Position numbers and translations under genes: made by a program. Positions 26,901-41,791 of a stretch of 64,000 bases of DNA are shown piece by piece (within the stretch, counting starts at the first letter, position 1; each line of letters starts with the position of its first letter). Source of the DNA: Tubiluchus corallicola (Eukaryota; Animalia; Priapulida); the NCBI GenBank assembly GCA_030141605.1, contig JAQGDQ010000169.1, positions 124,001 to 188,000 on the forward strand, written 5' to 3'. The notes beneath the pieces are model-generated. The model worked only from the letters and a program-made list of their open reading frames with translations. It did not search any database and was not told the DNA's origin.

Positions 26901-29900
26901 ATAAATCACCAAACTTTTTTCTTTTTTAAAATAATTAATAATAAACCAATTCATTTTACATTTCAGTCTCAAGGGATCTACAAATATCAATGCGGATCCT
27001 CCTAAGAGTAATCCCAGCAAGAGACATCGCGAAAGGCTGAATGCAGAACTGGATACTCTTGCCAGCTTGTTACCCTTTGAGCAAAATGTTATTACCAAAT
27101 TGGACAGGCTGTCCATCCTTCGACTTAGCGTTAGTTACCTGCGCACGAAAAGTTATTTCCAAGGTAAGGTTATACGGATTTAGTAAGTGTTTTTAGTGGC
27201 GGTCGCTTACTGCTTGTTGCCCTTAAAAATAATTTAACTAACGTTATTTTTTGAGATATTTTTAGTAATGTTGTAGCACGTAACAAGTACAATTCAGGTT
27301 TTTCGTAAAATGTGGAACGAACATATTGTAAAATATATAAAACGGTTTGTGCCATTTGGTACTCAAAGTATGTGCTTTTGATGAGTTAGGACTGGTTATG
27401 ATTAGTTTCTAGGTTCTATATGTTTATGGAATCTAGACGCATAAAGGATTTCGTGAATTATCGGAGGTAACTGATAAGTTGGAGAGCCTTACTTTTTTGG
27501 ATTAAGTTTAACTGAGTTTAACTGAGGTGATTTCGAAATTATCTAAGCGTTCGATATATTATATATTGACTTCGGAATATCTGTAGTGGAACTGAGACTC
27601 CACTAACTTATCCACTGTGCCACATGGCGCAGAACAATTGAAAACAGATTATGTAAAAATATAATCATCTGTATAAACTGATATTTTAAAGACGTTTACA
27701 CTATTTATCAACAGTACTGTTTATAGTTTTCATCGTTTTTTGCTATGGCCGTATGCTGCTGTGCACTAGATTCACTTTTATTACTGCACATAGAAGAAAG
27801 ATCTCATACTTTAGCCTCAATTATATAGTCTACTAAGGGCGCCAAGTACAGTTTTCAGTCTATATCTACGTAGTTTATCTCTGTAGTGAGCTCAGCTAAT
27901 TTGGTGCCTTCAAATATCAAAAAGAAATTGGGAAAAAATTGTCGATGTTAATGTCAGCGATAGTCAATAACTCTACAGGTGCGCACAATATTACCAGGAA
28001 ACCCGCTGTTACACGTAATGAGCCCACTTTTGACTAACACTGTCTTGCAGCAAATTAAACATGAATTTTTTATTAGAAAATAATACGCTACAGAGCGTAG
28101 AATTCATATTCTTGCTGAACTGAATGAAGGCGACAGTACGATGCTTACTCAATACATTCCGTCTTTGTAATTTGCTCTTTTGCCTTCTTTTCTGTACTCT
28201 TTCCTTTCCTTTCTTTTCACCTTACCCTACATTTACTTCATCCATTCATTTTTTATTCTTTTTCCTTCCTCTTACTTTTTTCATAATTTTTTCTTTTCGT
28301 CCTTATATTCTACTTTCTTTTTCTCTATTTTTCCCTAGTATTACTCTTCTCGCTTTTTCTTTTTCCCATTCTTTCTGCCTTTCTTCTTACACTTCTGTTT
28401 GATTAACTCACGTGTTTGTTCCATCTAGTCATTCGTTTGTTTGTTCGTTCGTTCGTTCGTCCGTTTGCTCATTCGTTCATTCATTCATTCATTCATTCAT
28501 TCATTCATTCATTCATTCGTGTCATTCACTCACTTTCTTTCTCTCTTTCATTGTTTCTTTCTTTCTTTCTTTCTTTCTATTTATCTTTCTTGCTTATTTC
28601 CTCTTTTTTCTTTCTTCTCGTTTTCCTTATTTCTTTCGTTACTGTTTACTCCTTTTCTTCAATTTCAGTTTCTACAATTTTCGCTTATTTAATTTCCAAT
28701 TTCTTTCCAATTTTTAATTGATTGTCCATATGTTCGTTTGTTTGCGTGCTTATTCCTCTTTGCACCTCTAGTCTACCTGTTTATTTACTTTTTCTTGTCA
28801 TTTTCCTTAGCTAACAAACAATAAGTTATTTATCTTCCTGTTATGGGCTCAACAAAATAACAGCCTTCTTATTTTCGTTAATGGTACACTTAAGATTACG
28901 GCGGCAGAAAACTTAGGGCTATTTAAAAACTACAGCAGCAAGAATTAGAAATGCAGTTTTTCCAAACATTTAATGGACTTAAACCGTTAAATAAAGGGCG
29001 TATGACAGCTACGTTAAACAGTATTTGGTTAAAGGAATGAAAATTAGCAATAATTTCTGCATTTAAGTGATAAAGTTGTTCGACAACAGTTTTTAGTTGG
29101 ATTCCACTATTTTTTGGTTGTGGAGTAGATAGTCAACAACATACGGCATAAGTTCACGTGCAAGTACATCTACAAATGTCAAAACGCATACAGAGCGATT
29201 TTAATGATTTTTGCGAATAAATCTATGTAATTATAATAAATCATCGATGACAGAACACAGTAGCAAATTATTAATCAGAATAATTTCATAATTACAATGT
29301 AACAAACCTATAAGGCAATTATTGTAATTTTTGCTTTTGGCAATATCACTCATAAGGAATTTCTTCTTAGGATCGCCACTAAGTCACATCTTGCCCTTAT
29401 TACAATAGTTTGAATTAGATAAGAAAAGACTGATATAAGAAGCGGGACTACTTATTTGCACCAGGTTAAAAATTGGGCCGTGTTTGATCAGAAACAGCAC
29501 TCTCTCTTCTCTTTAATGCGCTGAAATTGGCTTGGGAAAATTTTTGTATCAACTTCGATTACTAGCAAAGAAAATGATGGGCGATACGTTACTCATTGTG
29601 AGATGAAAGGGCTGATTGTACGCGGAGGCGTTTTTACCTTTTTGATTGAAGGAATTATCTAGAAGCTGCTCGATACTATCTGGTGAGATAGTTATATTGT
29701 CTGGCACTAGCTCATTCTAATTTCTATACCGCACGTCTCACTGTGCAGTTGATTCAATAACATTATTTAATAAGTAGGACAATACTGGAGCATTGGTTAA
29801 CTCAGTACGTTAAGTCGACATAATTAAACTATAAGTATTGCTTGTTTTGTTTGTTGTTATGGTGGAGCGGCTAAAACAGTTTAGTGTGAAATTCACGTTT

Positions 29901-32900
29901 GTGATGTGAGATAGTTTTGCAATCCGATTAAACTATTTGGGCAAGAAATCGGGCTATACTTGTGCTCAGGGACAACACTAATGCCAAACAACACACTAAA
30001 TACCAATTTTATGATAACGTTCTTTTTCTCATTGTGGCGTACCTGTCAAAATGCCAGTGAACTCTCTACAAACATTCTACAAATTTAGGATCCTTAAAGA
30101 ACTGCATAAAAATTAACTTTCTTCGTCTCCTGAAACACAAATATTGAATGTATATGAGAGTTGTAAATAAACCGTTTGTCGCATGTGGGTATATTACTTT
30201 CATAAAACTGCCAGATGGTAATAACAGCAAGACGTATTGATAGTCATTGTATTTGTTTTATGAGTTACGTTACATTATGTTCCCATAAAATGTCATGCTG
30301 CAACAATTACTTCTTTTTTCATTTTCTCATCTTCCACTTTTGTCACAATGCCGATTTCTAATTTTATCGAAAACAGCACAGTAATTACATTTATAAAGTC
30401 TCGACGTACAGCTCACAAAAGTTAGTAGTTAGTCTGGCAGCCTGTCAGTCAGTTTGCTTATTTGACGTTCACTCAGTCGCTAAGATTGTCCGTCTGTGAG
30501 TCTTCAGTCAGTGAGTCAATTAGCAGATCAGTTGGCTGGTTGATTTGTCGATTAAGCAGTCAATCAGGCAGTTAGTAGCCGGCCAACCCTGTAGATATAC
30601 AGGCAGATAAACAACCAGATAGACAGATTAATAAATTAATCAAATAAATAAACAAACGAACAAACTTTCGATTGCCAGATATTCGCAAAGTTTGGCTACT
30701 CAGTTTTCTCTGTTATCCTTAATTAATTGGTATAATACAGGTATTGGTATTTTTGGTTTGCAATCAAAATTGATATTTATTTCATAACTTTGCTCCATAT
30801 CTTGAAGGAAAATTATCTAAAGGAAAGTAGCGATGAAAAGAATACAGGAACATTTTTTCAGTTTTCAGATGCATCTAAATATTAAAAACTATAGATCTAG
30901 ATTGAAAGGCATCATTATTTTATAATCTGCGCCTATCTAATAGGTTTAAGTCGTCTTTTCGATCTGCACAACTTTCGTAGATGGTTTTCCTGATTTTGTT
31001 CATCTTTTATTCCTAAGTGTATTTACTGCCAAGCCATTTTTCAATCAAGATGCACTTTTCCAGCTTTAATGGCCCTTTTCTAAGAGCTGCATTCGGTCTT
31101 TAATAGTTAATCGAAACGAACTAAGTTCTATCCTATAGCAACATTGCGCAGCTACTTGACAGCCTTTGATAAAAGAAGATTCATCGTCCAACCCAAAAGA
31201 ATTAGGCGAGATGCGCAAACTTTAAGCTGCGCATAAAAAAGATAAAAAGGACTTTTCACAAATGAAGAGGTTATAATTTTGTATTGACATTAGTTAGATA
31301 CATTAGACTGTAAACTGACAAATACTCTCTAATTAAGCTCTACCAAGGGTAAAATCATTTTTTCACCACTGATGAAACGTTAAAGCACTGAAATTATGGC
31401 AGATTCTGATAGACAATACAATATTACGTTAATTAAATTTCATTTAATTTTATTTATTGGGTATTTATACTGTATAGTGTAGTGTTACCATTCTACTGGC
31501 TTATATATATATATATATATATAAGTAATCACTGACATGTATAACATATATATATATAATATAACATATAATATATATATATTAGTCATTTAAAGTTGAC
31601 GTTTTATATATATAAAACGTTAACTTTAGATATTTGTCTGTTATAACTATACGCTGTAGACCTATTAAAGCTAATAAATGTAATTCTGCGTTTAATATTC
31701 TGCTAAAAATGTTAACGCTGCTTCGACGCAATTAATGTTCTAAAGTGACTAAGCATTCGTTGTTATACCTAACAACCTAAAGTTTATATCAGCGAAGTAT
31801 TTTAAAAGAGAATAAAAATAATTATTATTACGAACTTATATTAACTTAATAAATCTAATTAACATGCTAGCACATAATAATTCTATTTCCATTACTATTT
31901 TATTAAGAGTTTCGTTAAGCTGTAAAATTCTACATTATAGAAATAAATATTTTTCAAAATTACGTACGTATAAGGGTAGCTTGTAGGCTGTTTTGTGTTA
32001 ATTTATGTGCATTTAAGGCTCGCCATAGAAACTGTCTAAGTTAACTTAGACCAAGATTTTGAAGACATAATTGCTATCATATAAAGCTTTTATATAACAA
32101 TAGCTTTGATGTTAAAATCAAATTAGTAATAAAAATTATAATATTTCTATAATACCAGGGGCGTCACTCGTAGTATTATACCATAGAAACTAAAGTATTG
32201 CTACGTAATTGTTACGAAAATCTCTATAAGTAATTATGTAAGTTATGTGTACACTGATGTGTGCAGTATATGTAGTGACGCAAAGTGTTTATTTCATGAA
32301 TTAAATAAACAAACAACAATCTTGAGCTTTCAGGGAGTCGTCAAAAGTTTTGAAAAGTGAAATATTTAGCATGCTGTATTGATAATGACATCTACACACT
32401 TGAATAAATTTGGCTTCTTTTTTAAAAATAGTACTTATTTTAATAACAATAATTAAAAGAATAATTCATATTTAAAATAAATTACTGAAAGATTTCATCG
32501 TGGTGCTTTACAAAAACGACAGAATTAAAACAGATCAAACAGCCTGCAGGGATGATGCAAAGCTACAGCTAGAGATTGTTGCTCGTATATCTGTTTGTTT
32601 TCTTCCTGTCTAAAATAACAGTCCAATTCTTGTGATGTAGCCGCCTAGTATTTATTTAGCTGTACTCGGCAGGTAGAAGACAACCACAAAGTAATGGTAC
32701 GACTGCTAAGCTGTAATACTTGTAAGAAAGGACAAGAAATTCGATAATGTTTCTCGAACTGTCTTAAACTGAGCCGCCGAAAAGGATTTGGAACTCAAAT
32801 ACAGGATTCTTTGTCTTTATCTATTATGCTTTTGACGGTAACCTTTTATAACTGTGACTGTGTTAGTGCCTGCAGCAAAGGCTTTGCTGAAAATTATGCC

Positions 32901-35900
32901 AGAAGCAACTTTAAAAGAAATGCACAGATTTTTTTCTTCTCATAACTACCTATTAACTAGTTGTGCCACATCGATTTCGTAAACTTAAACTCGTAGCATG
33001 TATTTATGTAGTCTTATGTAAGCGTAAGCGAAGATTTAGTTTTAACGTTATAGGTATTTCTCTTATACCAAAATTTAAGTATAAATGCATGATTTCTCTA
33101 TAATAAAGTAATCGCTTCTATTTTATTCCTTTCAAAACCAATACAAATGAAAATCAGTTATTGCATTTTTACTAAAATCAACTTACATTGCCAGCTCTGT
33201 AAGCTATTTGTGCAATATAGGCCATGAAAAATCTATAAACTCGTTTTATAATTAATCTTATTTTTTATTATGCAAATGACCGATCGATTTATCATCAATC
33301 TTGAATCTTGCCATATTCATTGATTTGTAATGGTTTCTTGCTGTTACATGATGTAGTTCCTTTTGTTGCTTCCATGTGCCTCAGACGTTGTGTCACCAAG
33401 CGTCCCGGTCACGTAAAGTCATCCATTGGTACAAGAAGCTTTGCGTCATCTTAAAAAAGCTGTATGTATGATAAGCTGCAGTAAGACGCTTTTTATATCT
33501 CCAAAACTGAATTTTTGTTTTGGTATAACATGCGATCTGTAAGAATTGTCTTCTTTATCATGAATCACGTTTAGCACTGTAGGTTTAGTTGTTTTGTCAA
33601 TGACAAAACAAAGTATTTAGGTAACCGCTCTCCAATGTGTCATGCTTTAAGTTAGTACTCCGAATTATAGTTATTTTTGACAAGCCAAGAAAGAAATTTA
33701 TAGTATGATATCGATAATACGCATTGTCGTACTTATACGATGTAGTTCATAAGTGAGTCAAATAAAATGGCAGCCGCAAGCTGTTCTGTTGCTGTGCAAT
33801 CCGATTCTCAGATCTTCTGTTTAATCATTTCACATCCATAATAAGTTTCAACATCCATTGGATATAGCGAAGTTTCAAAGGTTAGATCACATAAGAAGAA
33901 AAGGAATAAAACAGCAACGCATCCCTGATTACTGACTATTTGTAGTGATAGTCACCTGTCGGAGGACAAAATTTGTGGAATGTATCGTCACTAGGCGATA
34001 GTTTGCACCAAATTATAATCTCTGTCTTATGTACAGTGATAGTGCAGATATATTATTTTTATGTAGGCACCGGGAACTGATGTTAGCAGGTTTGTGCTCA
34101 TTATTCTTCAAGGGGCATAAACCGGCTTACAACACTTCATCTCAGCTGTAATGTTGATATACTTCAACTACTCAACTGAACTATTTATTCAGTTTTAACC
34201 GGGTTTGTTGCTCCAACAACTGCAAGGTATCAATCCGAACATGGCTTACCAGCTGTTGACAATCATTCAGAATAATGCCCGGTCATTGTAGCCAGAGAAA
34301 TTTACTCGTATAAATTGCCAGAATAATTTGCCGTTCTTTTGTCAAAGTTAAGAAATTATCGGGTAATAAGGGATGCCTTACAAGCTGCAAACCGGTCACG
34401 GTGTTTGCCAATAGCAAAACTGTGTACTTTACCCATACAGGGATAAAGCGTTGGCATCTGCACAAATATCTGATATTTCCGTCTAAAGAATTTCCTACGC
34501 AGTACGACTATTTGAATGGCAAATTTATTGCTTAAAATTTATGCACAATTACACACGTTGCATTCTTTCTTGAAAATACTCTAAAAGAACGTCTTTTTTA
34601 CCTTATTTTCAATGCAAATATCTTTTGTGTGCCTATTAGATCTATTTGTTTTACTCAATGGAGTACGCCTATTGAAAACTTAGAACAATAATTACCTATT
34701 CATGACTATCTCTGCTAAAAATAAATAACAAAATAATTGTCTAACGCAGAATACTGGTGAAATGCAACCTTCCCGGTTTGAGCATTGACACCGAGATTTA
34801 AAACTTTATCTTCGTGCCAAATTGAACTTACGCGTGTATCTGCAGTATCATAACTGATGCTCAAGACAGACAGGCAGCCACACAGATTTGTACGCTTAAC
34901 TGCAGCATTCAACCATTGTAATGGGCGATCACACTGAATTTTTTAATTACGTTTGGTAATCTTAAACGTTCAGTAATTTTGATAATCACTAATCTGATCT
35001 TTTGGACGTTTTTATTGCAAAACTTCAATCGTTGACCCTAAAAGTATGGAGTACGAAGTCATAAATTCTACGTTAAAATTGAATGAATTAAGTAGCAATT
35101 GCAAACACCATTATTACACGAATACACGTATTAACAAGCTCTACATTTATGAACCGCATATTAATCGATAGAGGCTTCCGACAGGGGCACAGGCGGGTGC
35201 GATACTCTCTTAAGTTTCCTTGCCATCCTGCCACTTTGTTCGTAATCATTAAAGTCAGAAGCTGGCTATTTTGACCACTTGTGTATCCCGCCTAGAACAT
35301 GAAAGGGGGAGGTGATGAAACTCTGCCTCGCACACTCTAGCTAAGAAAAGAGGCGGGCATAACGGTAGGGAATCCACGGGTAACGCTAACCATGTTAAAC
35401 CGAGAGCAATTTATGAGGGACATCAATCCAGAGTATCGCTTGTTCTGCACATCGGTTGATTTATGATTGATTGTGCGCTACATTTGAGTTGCTTCTCGTC
35501 CATTTCATCTAGCCCTATTCCTTATCTTATAATCTCAAATTTTTTTAGCCCTTTATTCACAATTGTCTAAAGTTTAAGAATTATGAAAATATTTAACAGA
35601 TGGAAACAAAACGCTTTTACATTTATTTCATTTGTAATGGTAAAATTTTAAATTTGTTAAACGTTAAACATTGCAATGGTTTTTGCAAAAAAAGATTATC
35701 AGTTAAAATTACTTTAAAGAATGCCTACACTACTATTTGCTTAATTACTAATTCATGATTCTGTGCTTTTCGTCATCACACATAGTACACAATGTGGCCC
35801 CTTTGTTTATTTAATAGAATTATTTAATTTTATTTAGTCAACCTTTAATAGAAATATATTTTCTTCACTTTTGCATATAGCTATAATTCAATGAAGTGAT

Positions 35901-37547
35901 TAGTAATTAGCGATTATTCTATAAATTTAAATCAATTTAATTCATAATTTGGACGTGAAAATGAAAAAAGGTACAACAGTCAACGGATTTTATAAAATAA
36001 AAAAGTAAGCAGGAATTGAGATTTTTTAAATAACTTTAATGTGAATAATCCTTGAAACTAATCTGTATTAAAGAGCGATACATAAGCCTATAAGGTAGGG
36101 TACTTAATGACTGTTACTGTTTGATATTCTGCAGATAAAAACTACGTTAACTAGCACTCATCTATGTTACCATGGTGATGTCAAAAACCACCTGAATAGT
36201 CAGCTTCAGTGCCCGAACTTTTAATGCAGCCGCTGATAAAGCCTTGAAAATGGATAAAAAGCGGCCATGTTTGCTGTACTTAATAGCGCTGTCGTAAAAC
36301 AAAACACAAACGACTCAAAATTTGGGGAGATTGTTAATAGTAGGTAAGGACAATAGGTGTATAAACCCTGCGGCAGATGGATTTGTGTGATAAAGCTTTT
36401 ACAGGCGCATAACCAGGGTTTCTAGTTGAACTGATGATCGTCTGGAGAGACATCTCTGATGAAAATTCTGGTTGTTTAACCGATGTTGCATTCGCCATAA
36501 AATTTTTGCAAAATAATGACACGTCGTTTACTTGCAGCTTACTTTATGCACCTGCCGCCATTAAAATAATGAATGTTAATTAATAGACTATCAGTATCAT
36601 TCTTAGAGATTCATTTAGGAGTGTTAAAAATTTATTTTCCCCGAAGGTTTATGTGTGAATTATGAGCAACGTATTGAACTCTCCTTTTTATAAATGCTAT
36701 CATTATTAAACTTATCCGAATTACGAGCTTGCTATGTGTAAAAATTGCTCTTGGTGAGTAGTTGCAAAAGATGAAATACGTAGTGGCAACAATCGAAGCA
36801 ATGACTTCATAGGCTGCGCTATGCAAGAAATGTATTAACATACTTTCTCACAGTTTTTAGACACCGTATTTCACAATTCACTATTAAAAGTTAGAAAACC
36901 AAAATTTAACGGTAATAAGCCAATAGCTTAACAATGTCCACCTTTAAAGTTTAATTGATTCTTCTGCGCTCGTTTTCCCAAATTTAGTTTGATTTTTCTT
37001 CAAAAATGAAGATCATGACAATTTTTTTGAATTTTTGATGATCTGCTTTACAGCTGTTTTATATGTTTTAATTTTTGGTACAGACTCATTCTTGATGCAG
37101 ATTCAGTCTTTTATATTATTCATTATTTTACAAAATTTAGAACTACTGGATTTTTAATAATGGGTCATTTTTGTAAAAATTAATACATTATATGAGGTTG
37201 CTACTTAGACTGTGAAAAAAATACTATGAAACACATAACCATACTTGAAAATTCGTGCAGACTAGAGCGTACGTTATTTCGCAAATCATTATACGAAAAC
37301 ATTTTTGGATCAGCATTTTTTCACTTTTTCTTTCTCTATTTCTCTTTTTTCCTTCTTCTCTCTTTTTTGTATGCTCGCTTATAATTTTTTTCTTTCTCCG
37401 TTCTTTGTTTCAATTACTCATTTGCTATTTTCCTTTATCATTCTCTTATTGTTTATTGTTTTTGTTTATTTTATTTTCACATTCTTCTTAGCGTTTAATG
37501 CTATGCCTTTTCGTTATTCCCTTATTTCTTTCCCGCCCCACTTTATT

Positions 37548-37591
<44 letters not shown>

Positions 37592-40500
37592 ACGCAACAC
37601 ATACACACGCAACACACACACACACACACTCTGTCTATCTCTGTGTTTTTGTGTGCGTGGCTGTTGCGTGTGTATGTGTGCGCGTGACGCTATTTTTGTC
37701 ACTATTGGAACTTCATTTTTCTGTATATGTATGTACTCTGTATGTATTATAGTTTAACTGAAAATGCTTATATCATGTTTGCGTGTTGCACTTCTCAGCG
37801 AAAACGAGTAAAACATTTCTTTTGATAACCCAACAACTTTTCTACCGCATGACCTTCCAGATAAAGAGAGTCATCAGTTGCTATTCAACCAATCAACACT
37901 TCATGAGCAACCCTGCATGCAGCTTGATAGCTTCCAACATGCAAACTTATCGCTTCAGAATCTGTGTGCTTTTCATCGCATAGCTGTAGTTTTTCTTCAT
38001 ATATAACGAGTCTAATTTTTTGAAGTCTTGTTAACATAGACCTATATTGTTTTTTTTTATAAATTAAAATCTTTAATTAAATAATCATCTAATTTTTCAC
38101 TTACTGATTATACATTTAATTAATCATTTGTTCATCTATCCGACCCATTTATTATTTATTTTGTCTATTTATTTATTTATTTATTTATCAGTTCATTAAT
38201 TTTATTTTATTTGTAGGTTTAGCTTTATTTTAGAGTCTGGGATGGTACTCAAGGCAGTCGGTTTTAGGCAACACGGAAGAGGAAAATAAGTTTTACTGTA
38301 TCTGTGAGTCATTGTCGAGATAGCTGTGATACTGAACCAAGCCTATAAAAAAGTTATTATATATGAAATTAAAATTACGGTAACGCTAGAAATAAGTTTC
38401 TTGCTTTAAATTTTATTTACAAATTTTATTAATGTTATAAATTTAAAGCTAAAAGTCAGTAATTAGTAGAACTATATAATTATGTGTAGGATAGTTTTCA
38501 ATTTTTGAAAGCATGTATTATTTTGAAGCATGCTGTTGCTTTATTTTTTTTCAAAGTTTAAATCAACGTCAACAATTTTGCTCTATAATTAATTAATGTA
38601 AGACACCCTGACGCAGGTGTGGGACCTTGATAATTACCAAGGATGATCCTCCAAGGCGTTGGAACAGTGAACCGACAATGGTGCATGCCTTAACCGAACA
38701 CATGCTCCTTTGAATAGAAGGAGCCTACAAAAATTAGTTTCCCTAGTGGTCGCTCATGCATTTACCAAACAGACTATGGATTGCTTAACTATCGTAGCCC
38801 AGCACACAACGTCGCCACTCACATATTTTTTCTGCCCCAGTTTTTAGCTAAAGATTATAATTAGATGAATTTTTGCCACCGTGCCCGGTGTTTAAGTTTT
38901 CGTTATTTTTTTAAATCATAACAGCGAAACTAACGTTCATCTTGTAATTGTTTTTATTGACATGCCACCCCCAATAGCTATGTGGATTTTCTACTGATAA
39001 AGAATTTAGCTAAAAACTACTAATAATATTTTTGGTTTTTAAACATATTTCGTGAACTTGTGCCTGTAGCCGTATAGATATTAATTGTTGTTTTATTCAC
39101 AGTACGACAAACTGAATGGTCAAAGCAAAAGTTGTTTGAATGCAAAGTCAAATGCAAAGCATTAAATTTGCATTACTGTAATTTTTTATTTTGACCTGAG
39201 TTAAAAACTGGGTCAGTGTAATAAAAAAAACTGTGCTGTTTCCTCCTTTAAATCCATCTCGCATTAGAAATAGTTTGTCAGTTTCATTTAGTATACAATT
39301 AATGTTTATTACTGCATTAGTAGTTATTGACACTATAATTTGAAATAGAAATGTATATGCTTTCTACAAGCCATAGAAATGAATAAACTTGTTTTGCAAA
39401 CTTAAGTTCTTAACGTCCAACAGCGATGCCTAAGAAACCAAGCAGTTAGATTTTCATGTTTCGCGTTTCTATTATTATTGTTATTATTTGCGTGCATTAT
39501 TTATCGAAAAGCTACCCCCTGTTTGCGTGTATCGTTGAGTGCTACTGGCATGAACAATAAATCTGCATGCATGTAAACGTACGCTAGATAGCGAAGTTAT
39601 AACCGCAGAGTCGTAGTATTAAGAGACTTCAGAGTTAGCACTTCTGTGGTAATTGGGAAGTACACATTATGTATAGAAAAAATTATAAGCATGCGGGATA
39701 TTTAGGTTGCTTTAAATTCCGTAATGTTTTTCGAAAATTATGAATTCTTTTATTTTATCATAATATGCGTTTTTCTACATTTTTATTGTATTCGAGTATT
39801 TAGAAAAAAAACAGTATCATTAAAAAATGGAAAAACATTCAAAACAGTAAAGCTATATAGTCGTATGTTAAATAAATACATTTAGATGTTGTTAGTTACA
39901 TTTTACGTAGAATTAAATTAACAAATACTTTTTTTAATTTTCTATTTATTTTTACTTACTTTATACAAAAAAGTAATGTATTATTTATAAATTGTAAAGC
40001 CTAGTTTTGACAGCGAGGTATGTTTAATTTTACTTCAAAATTTCAAGTCGATAATTCGTTTAGCTAATACTCCCACGCAAGATCTTGAGTTTAGAGCTAA
40101 TTAAAAATGTATAACAACAATATGAAAATCCTAAAGACTGAAATAATCTTTATGCGTAATTATTCAGAATTATAACACTAAATATGCACTATAATTGACT
40201 TTATAAAAAAAACTAAACACGTAACTTTACTTTATATCGTTTTTTTCAATGAATAAATATGGAAACTTTACAAAGTTACTCTGTTTATCTTCCTACCAAG
40301 AAATTAATGCTTCAAGCCATGAACGTGTTGACACTCGTTCTTCTTGAAATGAAATTTTATGCTCTTTGCTCGAATGCAATTAGTACCGAGTACCATTATT
40401 TTCAAAAGTTAAACAAAATAATTCATAATGAATTGTGTACAAATATGACTTGGAATTCCACTTACCGCAAATGTTGTAAATAATACAATGGTCTTTAAAT

Positions 40501-41551
40501 GTATGAACAGCATAGACTTAAATTACAGCGTGATAGTAGATGTTTAACCCATTTTCGGTGCTATAAATCATTACCATTCTTTACAGATTACAAATGCAAT
40601 ATAATATGAGTATAATATATGCATATATCAATATAAACTTGTATACATTTTATGCTGAATATGTATGCGTATATTCTGAATAATTATACGTAATATATGC
40701 CACATTTGTGCACTGTGACACGTAAGTAGGCAAGTCAAATCATAAACACAGCTGTTAGACCAAGATCTATGGTTCTTTATATTTATGTAGCAACTCTGTA
40801 CGAGTTGCTGCCAAACAACGTTTTGTCAAGTATTGCTTTGCTTAGGTGGAAGACATTTTTCTTCACAATTTCTTAGTTTCTGCTGTTTACAGAGAAAATT
40901 TGTGAGGGGTTGGATGACTTATACACATGCCGTTACAAAACACCAATCACAATATTACAAACAGTAAAAACGAACTTGGCATGTGTTTATTTTTCTCTTA
41001 TAAAAGCAATGCTTCCGCATTAATTCAGCAGTTTGATTGGTTGCTATTCTGACGCCTTTTTGCGTAGAAGTAAAAAAACAAGAGTTGCGTTTCAACTATA
41101 TCCAAAAACATGGCAGCACAACTTCGTATAAGCAATGGTCTCAGTTGTGCATTAAAAAGCAAAACGCCTATTATACGATTTTATTATGAACGTTGCTTTG
41201 CCAGGTGCTGGTCTCATATAAAGCAGTATAAAATTCGGCTAGCCCTTGCTCAGTAATTGGCTAGTATCATGCAACTCGTGTATTGGCAAGCTCTCTACTA
41301 CTTAAACATATCATTTTACAACCAGTAGGCACTTGTGTATGTAATTGTGTGTCAACTATTGACTGTAGCGCAAACAAATGCGAAAAGTAGCCTTCATTAG
41401 TTCTGCTAACTTGCTATACAATGTCACGAAACGCTTCTTCTGAGGTATCAAGCGCGAGCATCCTTCCACTTTCAATACTAGGCTGTTATACTCGGCGTGT
41501 TCACCTTTAACACACCTCTGGCTTCTTTGAAACCCGACGTTCTGCCGAGAT

Positions 41552-41617
<66 letters not shown>

Positions 41618-41733
41618 TCTTTCTCGCCCTTCTCTTTCTCTCTCTCATTTCCTCTCTCACTTTCTCCTCTATTTTTGTCTCTTTTTTATTTCCTTTTTCG
41701 GTGCGCGCGTACACACACAATTACAGAACGAGA

Positions 41734-41791
<58 letters not shown>

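Noticed and set aside
26616-27116. 166-aa minus-strand ORF
   Set aside because: It is the antisense of the AHR bHLH exon plus the (GAT)n tract; the His/Ile runs come from the repeat.
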